A stretch of DNA of 64,000 nt. It comes from Patescibacteria group bacterium. GTDB taxonomy: Bacteria > Patescibacteriota > Minisyncoccia > Phycocordibacterales > JBBTRF01. Below the pieces are notes generated by a model, which worked only from the letters and a program-made list of their open reading frames with translations, did no database searches and was not told the DNA's origin. Shown piece by piece: positions 48,074 through 56,921 of the stretch. The DNA lies in contig JBBTRF010000001.1 of the NCBI GenBank assembly GCA_038065315.1, forward strand, positions 33,642 to 97,641, in the 5' to 3' direction. Numbering within the stretch: position 1 is the first letter of the stretch; every line of letters starts with the position of its first letter. A program made the translations under genes and the position numbers.

Positions 48074-48598
48074 ATGGGTATGAAACCCCAGAGCGAAATA
48101 CATTCATTGTTGAATGCTCGACCGTACCTCAAAACCCTCTTGAGCGTCTCTTTTTCGGTCTTTGCGATCGGTATTCTCTCGCTTTCTTTCAGCCTGGTGC
48201 CACCACGCGTCGAAATCGCGCAGGCTCAGGGATTGGAGACAGATCAGGTCACTGTACAGCCGGCACGGGTATCTCAGGTCAAGAAAGCTCCAATTTTGGA
48301 AATCCACGTTGCCAACAACGGCATGGTGTATATTCAGGGCGCCCACGTCGAATCTGTCTCCGGCACAAACATCAAAATAAGCACCTCCTGGAATACCGTG
48401 AAAATGTCGTGGACGATCCGCACAAATGAAACCTATTACGGCCCTCGCCACTTCGGCACTAGCTTTTTGGATCAAAAGGGTAGCCGGCTCGCGATCGGAG
48501 ATATTCAGGTGGGCGATGTGGTGGCGGTGAATGGCATGTTTGAAGCAGGGCAGAGCGAATTGGTGGTGAAGGCGGATACTGTTCGGGTCACGCAGTAG
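48074..48598 (+). CDS. Secreted hypothetical protein
   Basis: N-terminal signal/TM then beta-rich region. Confidence 0.45.
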   Translation: MGMKPQSEIHSLLNARPYLKTLLSVSFSVFAIGILSLSFSLVPPRVEIAQAQGLETDQVTVQPARVSQVKKAPILEIHVANNGMVYIQGAHVESVSGTNIKISTSWNTVKMSWTIRTNETYYGPRHFGTSFLDQKGSRLAIGDIQVGDVVAVNGMFEAGQSELVVKADTVRVTQ

Positions 48599-48621
48599 GG
48601 AACAGGAGAAATAAAAGATGC

Positions 48622-49248
48622 GTGCTATCCTTATTACATATGTCACTTAGCCTTGGCCTAGTCATCGTCCTCATTGTCGTACTCGGCTACGCGAGTAATT
48701 GGCTGAATTGGCAGTTTTTGAATTATCGCCTCACCCACGCTTTGTACTATATTGGTGCGTTTGTGCACGAGTCGTCACATGCGCTCCTGTGCCTGGCGAC
48801 GGGGGCGAAGATCGAGGAGTTCAAGGTGTTTTCGTATCAGCCGCATGTCATCCATCGGCCGTCAAGACTGCCGATACTGGGAGCGTTGCTCATCTCGGCC
48901 GCGCCGATCGCTGGCGGGCTTGCTTTCCTCTATGCGATAAATCACTTTTTGCTCGACGGATATTTTATAGCAACGGGAGACGTCTTCGCCCAACTGACGC
49001 AACTCAATCCATTCCATTGGCAGAGCTGGGTGATGATCCTGCTGTGCCTCAATGCGGGAGCAATGCTTGGGCCGTCGCCGCAAGATATCAAAAATATATG
49101 GCCACTGCTCATACTGCTTTTCTTTGTGCAATCCAACTTTCTGATGAACATTGGCCTGGCCGCACTCAGCTTGATCGTGGCGAATATTGCGATTCAACTC
49201 GTATTGATCCTGCTGGTGAAGATGTGGCGAATCGTCCGGCAGAAATAG
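48622..49248 (+). CDS. Multi-TM membrane protein with HExxH motif (putative membrane metallopeptidase)
   Basis: FVHESSHALLC (HExxH) inside a polytopic membrane protein. Confidence 0.45.
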   Translation: MLSLLHMSLSLGLVIVLIVVLGYASNWLNWQFLNYRLTHALYYIGAFVHESSHALLCLATGAKIEEFKVFSYQPHVIHRPSRLPILGALLISAAPIAGGLAFLYAINHFLLDGYFIATGDVFAQLTQLNPFHWQSWVMILLCLNAGAMLGPSPQDIKNIWPLLILLFFVQSNFLMNIGLAALSLIVANIAIQLVLILLVKMWRIVRQK

Positions 49249-49281
49249 CCGCTCCGGCTCCCAGGTTCCTAGTGTTTCTGG

Positions 49282-50145
49282 TTATTTACGAATCTTTCCC
49301 AAGATGACACCGACTACGAGGCCAATGATGACAGCACCTACGAGGAGTATGCCAAAATTGAGTGCGCTTCCGGCGTTTTGAGAAGCGGTATTTGTCGTTG
49401 TGGACGCAACGACTTTGTTGTCAGCCGCAAACACCTCAATGGTACCATTGGCCGCGATCAGTGGTGAGTTGTCTTTGGCGAAATCCACGACCGATGCTCT
49501 GTCGAGTACTGTGACTCCGCCGACAACATGGAGGTTTTCGTTAATATAGCCGCCTTCCCAACAATCGCCCTTCGCAGAAAGGAGGAGGACGATCTTTTTC
49601 TCAAAACCAGGGATTGCGTAGCCAGCGAGAGTGAATGGCTGTGTTTCCTTGCAACCGACGATGGGGAATTCGACAAGCTTCTTGCCGGCCTGAGAGACCG
49701 AAGCGATAAAATTGGCCTTCAGAATCTCGCTCACCTCCGGACTGATGTTTTCGTAATTCACAAAACGGACGTCGACAGAAAGATCATTTTTCTTCAGGTG
49801 TATCGGTGTGAGTGGCTTGAAGCCGTTGGTGAGCGAGGCGATCTTGGCGTTGACGGGGGAGATGCTGTAGCCGTTTGCAGGCACAATGAGCCTCTCGCCT
49901 TCGTCGCAGGAATAGGCGACTTGCGAATTGCCTGTAGCCAAAGATATTTTCAATAACTCCGGTGGGCAGCCTCGGCCACTTTCGGAATTTTTTACGTAGT
50001 ACACCGATTCGTTTGCCGGGTTGTAGGTGAAGTCGTAGACGAAAGTTGGTCCGCCGACGGTGGCATGTGCGGCGTTGGTGCCGGCGAGGAGGATGAAGAG
50101 GCAGGTCACACTAAATAGCAGTCCAGCAGATTGAGGTGTTTTCAT
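49282..50145 (-). CDS. Secreted hypothetical protein with C-terminal membrane anchor
   Basis: Signal peptide MKTPQSAGLLFSVTCLFILLAGTNAAHA; C-terminal TM plus KIRK. Confidence 0.5.
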   Translation of the reverse strand: MKTPQSAGLLFSVTCLFILLAGTNAAHATVGGPTFVYDFTYNPANESVYYVKNSESGRGCPPELLKISLATGNSQVAYSCDEGERLIVPANGYSISPVNAKIASLTNGFKPLTPIHLKKNDLSVDVRFVNYENISPEVSEILKANFIASVSQAGKKLVEFPIVGCKETQPFTLAGYAIPGFEKKIVLLLSAKGDCWEGGYINENLHVVGGVTVLDRASVVDFAKDNSPLIAANGTIEVFAADNKVVASTTTNTASQNAGSALNFGILLVGAVIIGLVVGVILGKIRK

Positions 50146-50231
50146 AAGGGAAGTATAGCAAACATCAGGGATATAAAAACCGCCGCAGGAGCCTCTCCTG
50201 CGGCGGTGAACTGTTGTTGCAAGTCATTGGG

Positions 50232-51077
50232 TCAAGTGAGCACTTCAGCGCTTTGGCCGACATTGACCATGCCAGGCTTTGTCACAATGAAGTTGCGGCC
50301 GAATTCCACCCCTCCGTCAGTGCCCTTGCGGTAGGTGGCGAGAGTTCGAAGTGGTTCGTGGCCGCGCTTGCCGGTGAGCTGGTCTGCTGTGGTCACAACA
50401 CAGCGCACGCACTTGTTTGCCGCTGTGAGCACAACATCGCCGATCCTCAGCCTGGGCCAAAGATCTTCGTCGTAGGCATCACAACCATCCAAAACAATAT
50501 TGGGACGGAAGCGGTCCATCGGCACTGGCTCGGCACCTCTCTCATGAATGCGGCGATTGAGGTCTGCGAGCGAGGCGACTGTGGTGACGAGGAGCGGATA
50601 GCCGTCGGCGAAGCTGACCTGAATCTCGTGTCCGACCGAACTCGGCGTGCGAAGACGTGGTTGCTTGGAATTTTGTCTCACTAGGCGGCATGATCGACCG
50701 AGGAAGGTCGAGAACCATCGTGCGTGGGTGTCTCCCAGGTCCACTGCCTCGCATTGATCCTTGTGGATCGTGACGGTGCGCCTTTTGAATTCGGGAAGCA
50801 AGACGGATTCTCCATGCGAAACAGGGATGAAGTAGCGACACATGTTAGGCGCCGAGACTTGAAGAGCGAAACCGCTTTCCGGACTGCGGCCGACAGATGC
50901 ACGAATCATGGCCATTTCCGGCACTGTTCGCTGGGAGAGGAATAGCCCGTTCTCATCCGTTAGGACATAGCTTCGGTCCATGAAAGGGCCAGAAAGTCCA
51001 AGGTTGAGAAAGTCGGTCAATACGCCCTGACAGGACTTGATTGGGTAGAGGCGGAGACTTGCAACTGTGAGGTTCAT
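50232..51077 (-). CDS. MOSC-domain protein (MOSC_N beta-barrel plus MOSC)
   Basis: LRLYPIKSC N-terminal motif; conserved Cys in the C-terminal MOSC region. Confidence 0.75.
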   Translation of the reverse strand: MNLTVASLRLYPIKSCQGVLTDFLNLGLSGPFMDRSYVLTDENGLFLSQRTVPEMAMIRASVGRSPESGFALQVSAPNMCRYFIPVSHGESVLLPEFKRRTVTIHKDQCEAVDLGDTHARWFSTFLGRSCRLVRQNSKQPRLRTPSSVGHEIQVSFADGYPLLVTTVASLADLNRRIHERGAEPVPMDRFRPNIVLDGCDAYDEDLWPRLRIGDVVLTAANKCVRCVVTTADQLTGKRGHEPLRTLATYRKGTDGGVEFGRNFIVTKPGMVNVGQSAEVLT

Positions 51078-51282
51078 CGGTGGGCCTTTCGTTTGGTGGT
51101 TTGGCTGACTACGCTTGGTTCAGACTAGCGTTTTTGCTTGGCGAGGTCAAGTTGTGTAAAGGTGAATTCGCCACGTGACTATTGACAGCAACCCACGTTA
51201 TAGTGTAGTTTGACGCCGGAACCTTGAAACAAGCTTCTCCGGCCCAGACGGCATTCTGGCACCAATTCGGAAAGAACACCCC

Positions 51283-51810
51283 ATGAACCAAAACCCTTGC
51301 GGACACCCCGTGTCTGCCACCTGCGAACGCTGCACCTACGACTTGGCGACCGCCTTGGCCGCCGGCCAAAACCGTCAGCTGACCTACGAAGAACTCAACT
51401 TCGTCTTGGTGGCCTCACTCCTCCGCACCGACTATGTGGATGCTCGGAAGGTGCTCGACGTCTTCCAGCGTGATTTTACGGCCAGCGAGCTTGAACAGAT
51501 GCTCGCGACTCGCGTCGAAAGCGGGTCGTATGACTTGGCGCTTCACGCTTCGCATATGGCAGGGCGGCCCTTGGCCCAGTTCGAGATTGACCAGGTAGCC
51601 ATCATTGGTCTCCGGGTGCACAACAACACTCATCAGGTCGTCCAGATGGCCATGCAGGGACTGCTGTCGGTGGCGGCCTTGAAAATCTTGGTGGACATCG
51701 CTGTCACCAAACAGCTTCGCCAGACTGCCGGCTTCCTTCGCAAGAAGCTCGATGAGCTGGAGAAGTTGCTTGCACCCGCCACAGAGGCGCGTGAAGGCGT
51801 CACAGCCTGA
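51283..51810 (+). CDS. Hypothetical protein
   Basis: 175-aa ORF with coding-like composition; no motif recognised. Confidence 0.4.
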   Translation: MNQNPCGHPVSATCERCTYDLATALAAGQNRQLTYEELNFVLVASLLRTDYVDARKVLDVFQRDFTASELEQMLATRVESGSYDLALHASHMAGRPLAQFEIDQVAIIGLRVHNNTHQVVQMAMQGLLSVAALKILVDIAVTKQLRQTAGFLRKKLDELEKLLAPATEAREGVTA

Positions 51811-51886
51811 GTCGCACTCGTTGTGTCTGCAAAATTGCAGGCGCAACACCGTCCGACGTCATTGTCGGCCGGTTTTTTCTATAAAA

Positions 51887-52477
51887 TTATTTCTGCGCGT
51901 AATACATCTGGATATCGTAACCTTGAAGGACGACTTGGATGCGCTTGAGCCCAAACATTTTTTCAGCAAAGGCCGTCATTTCCTCTTGAATTTTCTCGGC
52001 GCCCTGCTGCGCGGCTTCCTGGTCGGTGATGACTCGCTCTATCTCAATGAAGTTTCCGAGCTTTTCGACGGCGTCGAGAGTAAAAGCGTAGTCTTGGAGT
52101 GAGGTGGTACGACGAACCTTCTTTACGGTGACACCCTCTTTGTAACCAAACATATCCATCATTCCACGTACTTCCTCAGGGTCATCCACGTGAAGCTCGT
52201 GTTCACGGCAGTCGCTCTCGTTCCTGAGAGGTTTTTTGATCGTGAATATGAGCGTCTCGGTTTCCTTGTTTCCATTTGTGTCTGTTTGGCTTTGGATACG
52301 GAGACGTGGATACACCCATTCGCTGTCTAATGGCTCGAACCACCTCACATCATCCCGATGAATAAAATTGATGTCGGTCTGGGTGAGTGGGGCAGAGATG
52401 GCACAGCCAAGTGCCCTCAGCTTAGCCTCTATGGGCTCGAGGTCAGGCACTCGCAGCTTAATCTCAATCTCGCGCAT
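51887..52477 (-). CDS. CYTH-domain protein (CyaB/class IV adenylate cyclase-like triphosphate tunnel enzyme)
   Basis: EIEIKLRV N-terminal motif, EHELHVDD, FIEIE acidic motifs typical of CYTH. Confidence 0.7.
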   Translation of the reverse strand: MREIEIKLRVPDLEPIEAKLRALGCAISAPLTQTDINFIHRDDVRWFEPLDSEWVYPRLRIQSQTDTNGNKETETLIFTIKKPLRNESDCREHELHVDDPEEVRGMMDMFGYKEGVTVKKVRRTTSLQDYAFTLDAVEKLGNFIEIERVITDQEAAQQGAEKIQEEMTAFAEKMFGLKRIQVVLQGYDIQMYYAQK

Positions 52478-52641
52478 GATGAAAGAAGTATAGCGCAATG
52501 AGCTGGCGAGGGGTAGGCGATTTTAAGGCAGGTCATTTTTTGGTGGCGCAGAGGTGGTTCGGGATAGTTGAACCTCTGTGTACCTGCCTATATGTTCACA
52601 GAGTGCACATGTTAACGTCTCGCCAAGGTCTCTGAGTCTAT

Positions 52642-53484
52642 TTATGTGAAAAAGAAAAGTGTCAAGATCATTATCGAGAAGGCCATTCCACTGATGTATT
52701 TTGTCTTCATAATTTTTTTATAAGCACTCTCGTCTGAAGACACCTTCTTTAATACGGTATATACATATAACCCAACGCAGACTTCCACTAAAAGAGAAAT
52801 CACACTAACAGAATTTGAAATTTTTAAAAAAGAGTATGACAAAAGTAATCCGCCTAAATCAAAAAACGCAATAAAAGAAGTCCTAACCCCTTTCAGGCCG
52901 TATTTAACAGCAAATGTGGTATCCCCACGTTTTTTGTCTGCCTCGATCTGATATAGCTGTGATAACGGATACATACTTAGGACAAGACAGGTGGCACCGA
53001 ATGCTGCTATTAGTAGGTTGTAGTTAAAAATCTGACCACCAAAAGAAATATACCCAAAACCAAAAGAACATACTACCGTTGCTATTCCGATGGCTACGAA
53101 ACTCATAGTGGGGCTGCCTTTCCAGCGGGTATGTGGGCTGCTGTATAGCCAGAAAAATAGGACACTGATTACATAAAGAATGCTAAATACCCAGCCACTC
53201 ACCAAAGCAATAAGAAGACCAGCGCCTTGAAGTCCCCAAGATGCATAGAGCATCCACTTTTTCATTATCGGTGGGTGTTCCAATCCTCCGATTGGGCCAG
53301 TATCCTTGTCGTAGTAGGAATTATATGCAGTGACGCCTCCAAATAAGAGTCCGTGGATTGAGATGAACTGGATCAAAAATTGCAAAATGGTTGTTCTAGG
53401 GGAAAATAAGCCGCCCAGCAAAAATGGCCCTGAGAGAATAAAAAACTGATAATTCAATCTGAGGTGCTTAAGAAAATCTAGCAT
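52642..53484 (-). CDS. UbiA-family prenyltransferase
   Basis: Polytopic membrane protein with NSYYDKDTG Asp-rich motif. Confidence 0.65.
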   Translation of the reverse strand: MLDFLKHLRLNYQFFILSGPFLLGGLFSPRTTILQFLIQFISIHGLLFGGVTAYNSYYDKDTGPIGGLEHPPIMKKWMLYASWGLQGAGLLIALVSGWVFSILYVISVLFFWLYSSPHTRWKGSPTMSFVAIGIATVVCSFGFGYISFGGQIFNYNLLIAAFGATCLVLSMYPLSQLYQIEADKKRGDTTFAVKYGLKGVRTSFIAFFDLGGLLLSYSFLKISNSVSVISLLVEVCVGLYVYTVLKKVSSDESAYKKIMKTKYISGMAFSIMILTLFFFT

Positions 53485-53594
53485 GTTAAAAAGTATAGCA
53501 TTTTGGGATAAGGATTCTGTCAAAGTCGTCTCAAAAGTTCGCAACAAGTTCTATGTACGTCAAACACCTCTTGAAATTCATGGCTTTTAAAATG

Positions 53595-53666
53595 CTCCGG
53601 GAGTTGGGATCGAACCAACGACCAATCGCTTAACAGGCGATTGCTCTACCGCTGAGCTATCCCGGA
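53595..53666 (-). tRNA. tRNA-Asn (GTT anticodon)
   Basis: Reverse complement reads TCCGGGATAGCTCAGCGGTAGAGCAATCGCCTGTTAAGCGATTGGTCGTTGGTTCGATCCCAACTCCCGGAG; cloverleaf with anticodon loop CTGTTAA; 7-bp acceptor stem pairs perfectly. Confidence 0.85.
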
Positions 53667-53731
53667 ATATCGCGCTACTGAGTGCATCAAAAAGACCTTC
53701 TGCGAGCTATCTTATCAGAAACCGTGGAAAA

Positions 53732-54295
53732 GTGAAGTGGTCGTTCTGTCGAGGGCGGGATAAAAAAGTTCTAAAGAAAATGCTGGCTTTTTGCCATTCC
53801 ACTTCGATACAATTGTCTCCCATGGTCGATGTGTCCAAATTCGAATCGGTCAAAGAGAAAGGAGAGTTGTTCTATCAAAACATAGGGCAGGTGTACTGTC
53901 CGTACTTCAAGGAGAAGGTCTCTTTCAATGCTCAGGGTATCGGGCACTTGAAATTTAAGCAAAGAGGCAAAGCTCGGAGTCTTGAGGATCAGTACATGCG
54001 CTTTAAACTCATTGCGTTTGTCCCTAAAATACTCGGAGCATCCGGTACGCTCCAGGGTCTTTTGCGCACTAATGTATTTGAGAGGGTGAAAATTCACAGC
54101 AGGACCGACACGGTTCTTAAGTTGGTGAGTTATTACGAATTCATTGCAATCATTGAACAATTCAGGATAAAGATATTGGTGAAGCAGGTGGAAGATGGAG
54201 AAAAGTTTTTCTGGAGCATCATTCCTGTCTGGGGTACCAACTCGAATACGAAAGAGCGCGCGTTGCACGATAAGGATTTGCTAAAAGACCTTTAA
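53732..54295 (+). CDS. Hypothetical protein (AT-rich, tRNA-adjacent)
   Basis: 187-aa ORF with no recognised motif. Confidence 0.45.
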   Translation: MKWSFCRGRDKKVLKKMLAFCHSTSIQLSPMVDVSKFESVKEKGELFYQNIGQVYCPYFKEKVSFNAQGIGHLKFKQRGKARSLEDQYMRFKLIAFVPKILGASGTLQGLLRTNVFERVKIHSRTDTVLKLVSYYEFIAIIEQFRIKILVKQVEDGEKFFWSIIPVWGTNSNTKERALHDKDLLKDL

Positions 54296-54446
54296 GTATG
54301 AAAACAAAAAACACCGCATTTTGGCGGTGTCCTTTGTTCGCGTTTGGTTACAGCTTAGTGCCGTGAGAGGGCGAACCCTCCAAACGCTGGGATAAGTATA
54401 TTTGAAAGCACGCTTTTGGTCAAGAAAATGATAAAATGGGAAGGCG

Positions 54447-54674
54447 ATGTATGTAAAAATCCGGGTAAAAGCCAGCGCCAAAGAGGAGAGGTTTATGCGG
54501 AAGACCCGCGATCATTTTGAGATTTCGGTGCGCGAGGCGGCGGAGCGTAACTTGGCGAATGGCCGAGTGCTCGAGCTAGTCGCCCGACATTTCAAGTTGC
54601 CGGTAGGGAAGGTCAGGATCATCTCTGGACATCATTCGCCCTCAAAAATCTTGAGTGTCGATGTTGGTGATTGA
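54447..54674 (+). CDS. DUF167/YggU-family protein
   Basis: ISVREAAERNLANGRVLELVARHFKLPVGKVRIISG matches UPF0235. Confidence 0.7.
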   Translation: MYVKIRVKASAKEERFMRKTRDHFEISVREAAERNLANGRVLELVARHFKLPVGKVRIISGHHSPSKILSVDVGD

Positions 54675-54766
54675 AAGAGATTGAGTCGCGTTGCCGAATC
54701 TGCTAAAATAGAGAGGTAAGAGCCCTGCAGTACAACGTCGGCCATACTCACTAACCACACACCCAC

Positions 54767-55144
54767 ATGCGTATCACTACCAAAGCGACGAACACCACGC
54801 TCACTCCGGCCATCCTCCAATACGTCGAGAAGAAGATAGGTAATGTGGAAAAGCTTATCGATGAAGCGCACCGAGATGCGGCGCGGGCGGATGTTGAAAT
54901 TGAAGTCACTACCCATCACCACAAGGCGGGTGAGTCGCAGTTTCGCGCTGAAGTAAATCTTCACGCCGGCGACATGCATTTGCGCGCAGAAGAATTACAC
55001 GCGGATCTGTACGCGGCGATTGATGCAGTGAAAGACGAAATCACTCGCAGTATCGTCTCAAAGAAGGGAAAGCAACAGAGCCGATTGCGACGTGGCGGAC
55101 AGAAGATCAAGGATATGCTTAAGGGTTTTCCTTGGCGAGGTTAG
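54767..55144 (+). CDS. hpf: Ribosome hibernation promoting factor (HPF/RaiA/YfiA family)
   Basis: beta-alpha-beta-beta-beta-alpha S30AE fold sequence pattern (TPAILQYVEKK...VEIEV...AEV.L...HL.AEE.H.DLYAAIDAV). Confidence 0.8.
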   Translation: MRITTKATNTTLTPAILQYVEKKIGNVEKLIDEAHRDAARADVEIEVTTHHHKAGESQFRAEVNLHAGDMHLRAEELHADLYAAIDAVKDEITRSIVSKKGKQQSRLRRGGQKIKDMLKGFPWRG

Positions 55145-55147
55145 TCG

Positions 55148-56011
55148 CTAGGCTTTTTGCGTTCGATAGGTCGCGTACGTCATTTCCTTTTTGCCCTCGG
55201 GGATCACTTTGTGGATGGTGAGCTCGTTGTTTTCAAAAGTCGCGTCACTGATAATGACACGCTTGTTTTCGGGTTCCATAAAATACGCACCTGGCCAGCC
55301 GGCATAGGCTTGGATTTTTCGAAAGGCGGCGAAGGGGTCGGCGGCGATAGTTTCGAGGTTGATCAGGCCGTCGATCTTTGAAATCTTTTTGGTATAGGTT
55401 GCAAGATGGTGCTCCTGGGGTACGGCTTCGATGGTGCGGTCGATCCATTGCGGGATGAGGCGCGCGAGCAGGGCTCCGCCCTTTTGCGCGAGCGCGCGTT
55501 CGAGTTCATCCACTTTTGGCCATTCCTTCACAACATGTTCTTCTTGGCCGAGGATTGGCCCATGGTCCATCTCCTCATCGAGCATCATAATAGACACACC
55601 GGTATGCCTTTCGTCCGCGATCACGGCTGATTGGATCGGTGAAGCACCACGGAATTTTGGTAATAGCGACGGATGTACGTTCAACGTGCGATGAAGCGGC
55701 AGGTCGACGTATTCCTTTGGGATGATCTTGCCGTATGCAGCAACGATGAAAAGGTCCCATCGCTCTTTACGTAATTCTTGAAGCAGCTTGCCATCTCGCA
55801 GGGTGTCGGGCTGAGCGACCCTGACGCCACGCTTCTCGGCCCACACTTTCGTAGGCGGGGGAGTGAGGACAAGCTTGCGGCCTTTTGGTTTGTCTGGGTT
55901 GGTGACCACGAGTGCCGGCGAGAGCCCGACTTTTTCTAATTCATTCAAAATATCGACGGCGAATTCTGGCGTACCGAAAAAAGCGATATGCAATTTTGGA
56001 TCAGTGCTCAT
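55148..56011 (-). CDS. fmt: Methionyl-tRNA formyltransferase
   Basis: IAFFGTPEFAV, formyltransferase core (NVHPSLLPKFRGASPIQ); start MSTDPKLH at 56011. Confidence 0.85.
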   Translation of the reverse strand: MSTDPKLHIAFFGTPEFAVDILNELEKVGLSPALVVTNPDKPKGRKLVLTPPPTKVWAEKRGVRVAQPDTLRDGKLLQELRKERWDLFIVAAYGKIIPKEYVDLPLHRTLNVHPSLLPKFRGASPIQSAVIADERHTGVSIMMLDEEMDHGPILGQEEHVVKEWPKVDELERALAQKGGALLARLIPQWIDRTIEAVPQEHHLATYTKKISKIDGLINLETIAADPFAAFRKIQAYAGWPGAYFMEPENKRVIISDATFENNELTIHKVIPEGKKEMTYATYRTQKA

Positions 56012-56558
56012 GTGTCTGGATCTGCTCCGGTACGGGCATTTCTCGGATGTCTTTCGCTTTGTCGATGAAAAGGATGCCATCGAGATGGTCGACTTCGTGT
56101 TGGAAGATCTGGGCCAAAAGTCCGCTGGCGCCGCGCTCAAAGGCGTTGCCGTGCTCGTCGTATGCTCGGATCGTGGCCTTTGACGCGCGGCGCACCTTGC
56201 CAAACAACGGCCGAACGCTCAAGCACCCTTCCTCCATTTGCTTTTTGTCTTTCGAGGTCGCGATAATCTCCGGATTGATATATACAAGCTGTCGAGCGGC
56301 CCCGGTATCTCCTTTTTCATCGGTACCTCCTTTCTCGCGGAGTGAGGAGAACACGAGTTCGGAGATAACGAACATGCGCAGCGGCACTCCGATCTGCGGG
56401 GCGGCGAGACCCACGCCATCGGCTTCTTTGGCGAGAGCCTCGCGCATGTCCTTCAGGATCGCGTTCAGACGAGCACCGCCGATGTCCTTCAGAGGCACCG
56501 GTTTGGCATGTTGGCGGAGGACAGGAGCCTCCTTTTGGAGTATCGGCTTCATTGCCAC
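56001..56558 (-). CDS. def: Peptide deformylase
   Basis: GVGLAAPQIG, EGCLS, HEVDHLDG motifs; 3' end overlaps the fmt start by 11 nt. Confidence 0.9.
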   Translation of the reverse strand: MAMKPILQKEAPVLRQHAKPVPLKDIGGARLNAILKDMREALAKEADGVGLAAPQIGVPLRMFVISELVFSSLREKGGTDEKGDTGAARQLVYINPEIIATSKDKKQMEEGCLSVRPLFGKVRRASKATIRAYDEHGNAFERGASGLLAQIFQHEVDHLDGILFIDKAKDIREMPVPEQIQTHEH

Positions 56559-56921
56559 ATACTAGCCGATTTTGTCAAAAAAAACCAGCGCAACCTCAAG
56601 GGTGTGCGCTGGGGGTGGTATGCGATCAGTCGGGAAGAGTGATCAGCGTACCTGTTGCGGAAAGAGCAGTGACAGCTGGGGCGGGACGGGGAGAGAGCGG
56701 GATGCCCAGCTCCCCGTCCAACCTTGGTCCAAGGCTGGTCAAAGACCTTGGGACGACGGTTTTCTCGTTTGGCACTTTCTCTCGGGGTGGGCGAGAGACG
56801 CTGTGGGAGGAACCGGGGCTGTTTTTGTCGGGGCCAGTGTTAGTATAGCACACCATCCAAGGGTGTCAATAGGTTGTAGATGGCAAAAAACTACCCTAAC
56901 TGAGCCATTCCCTGGTACCTC

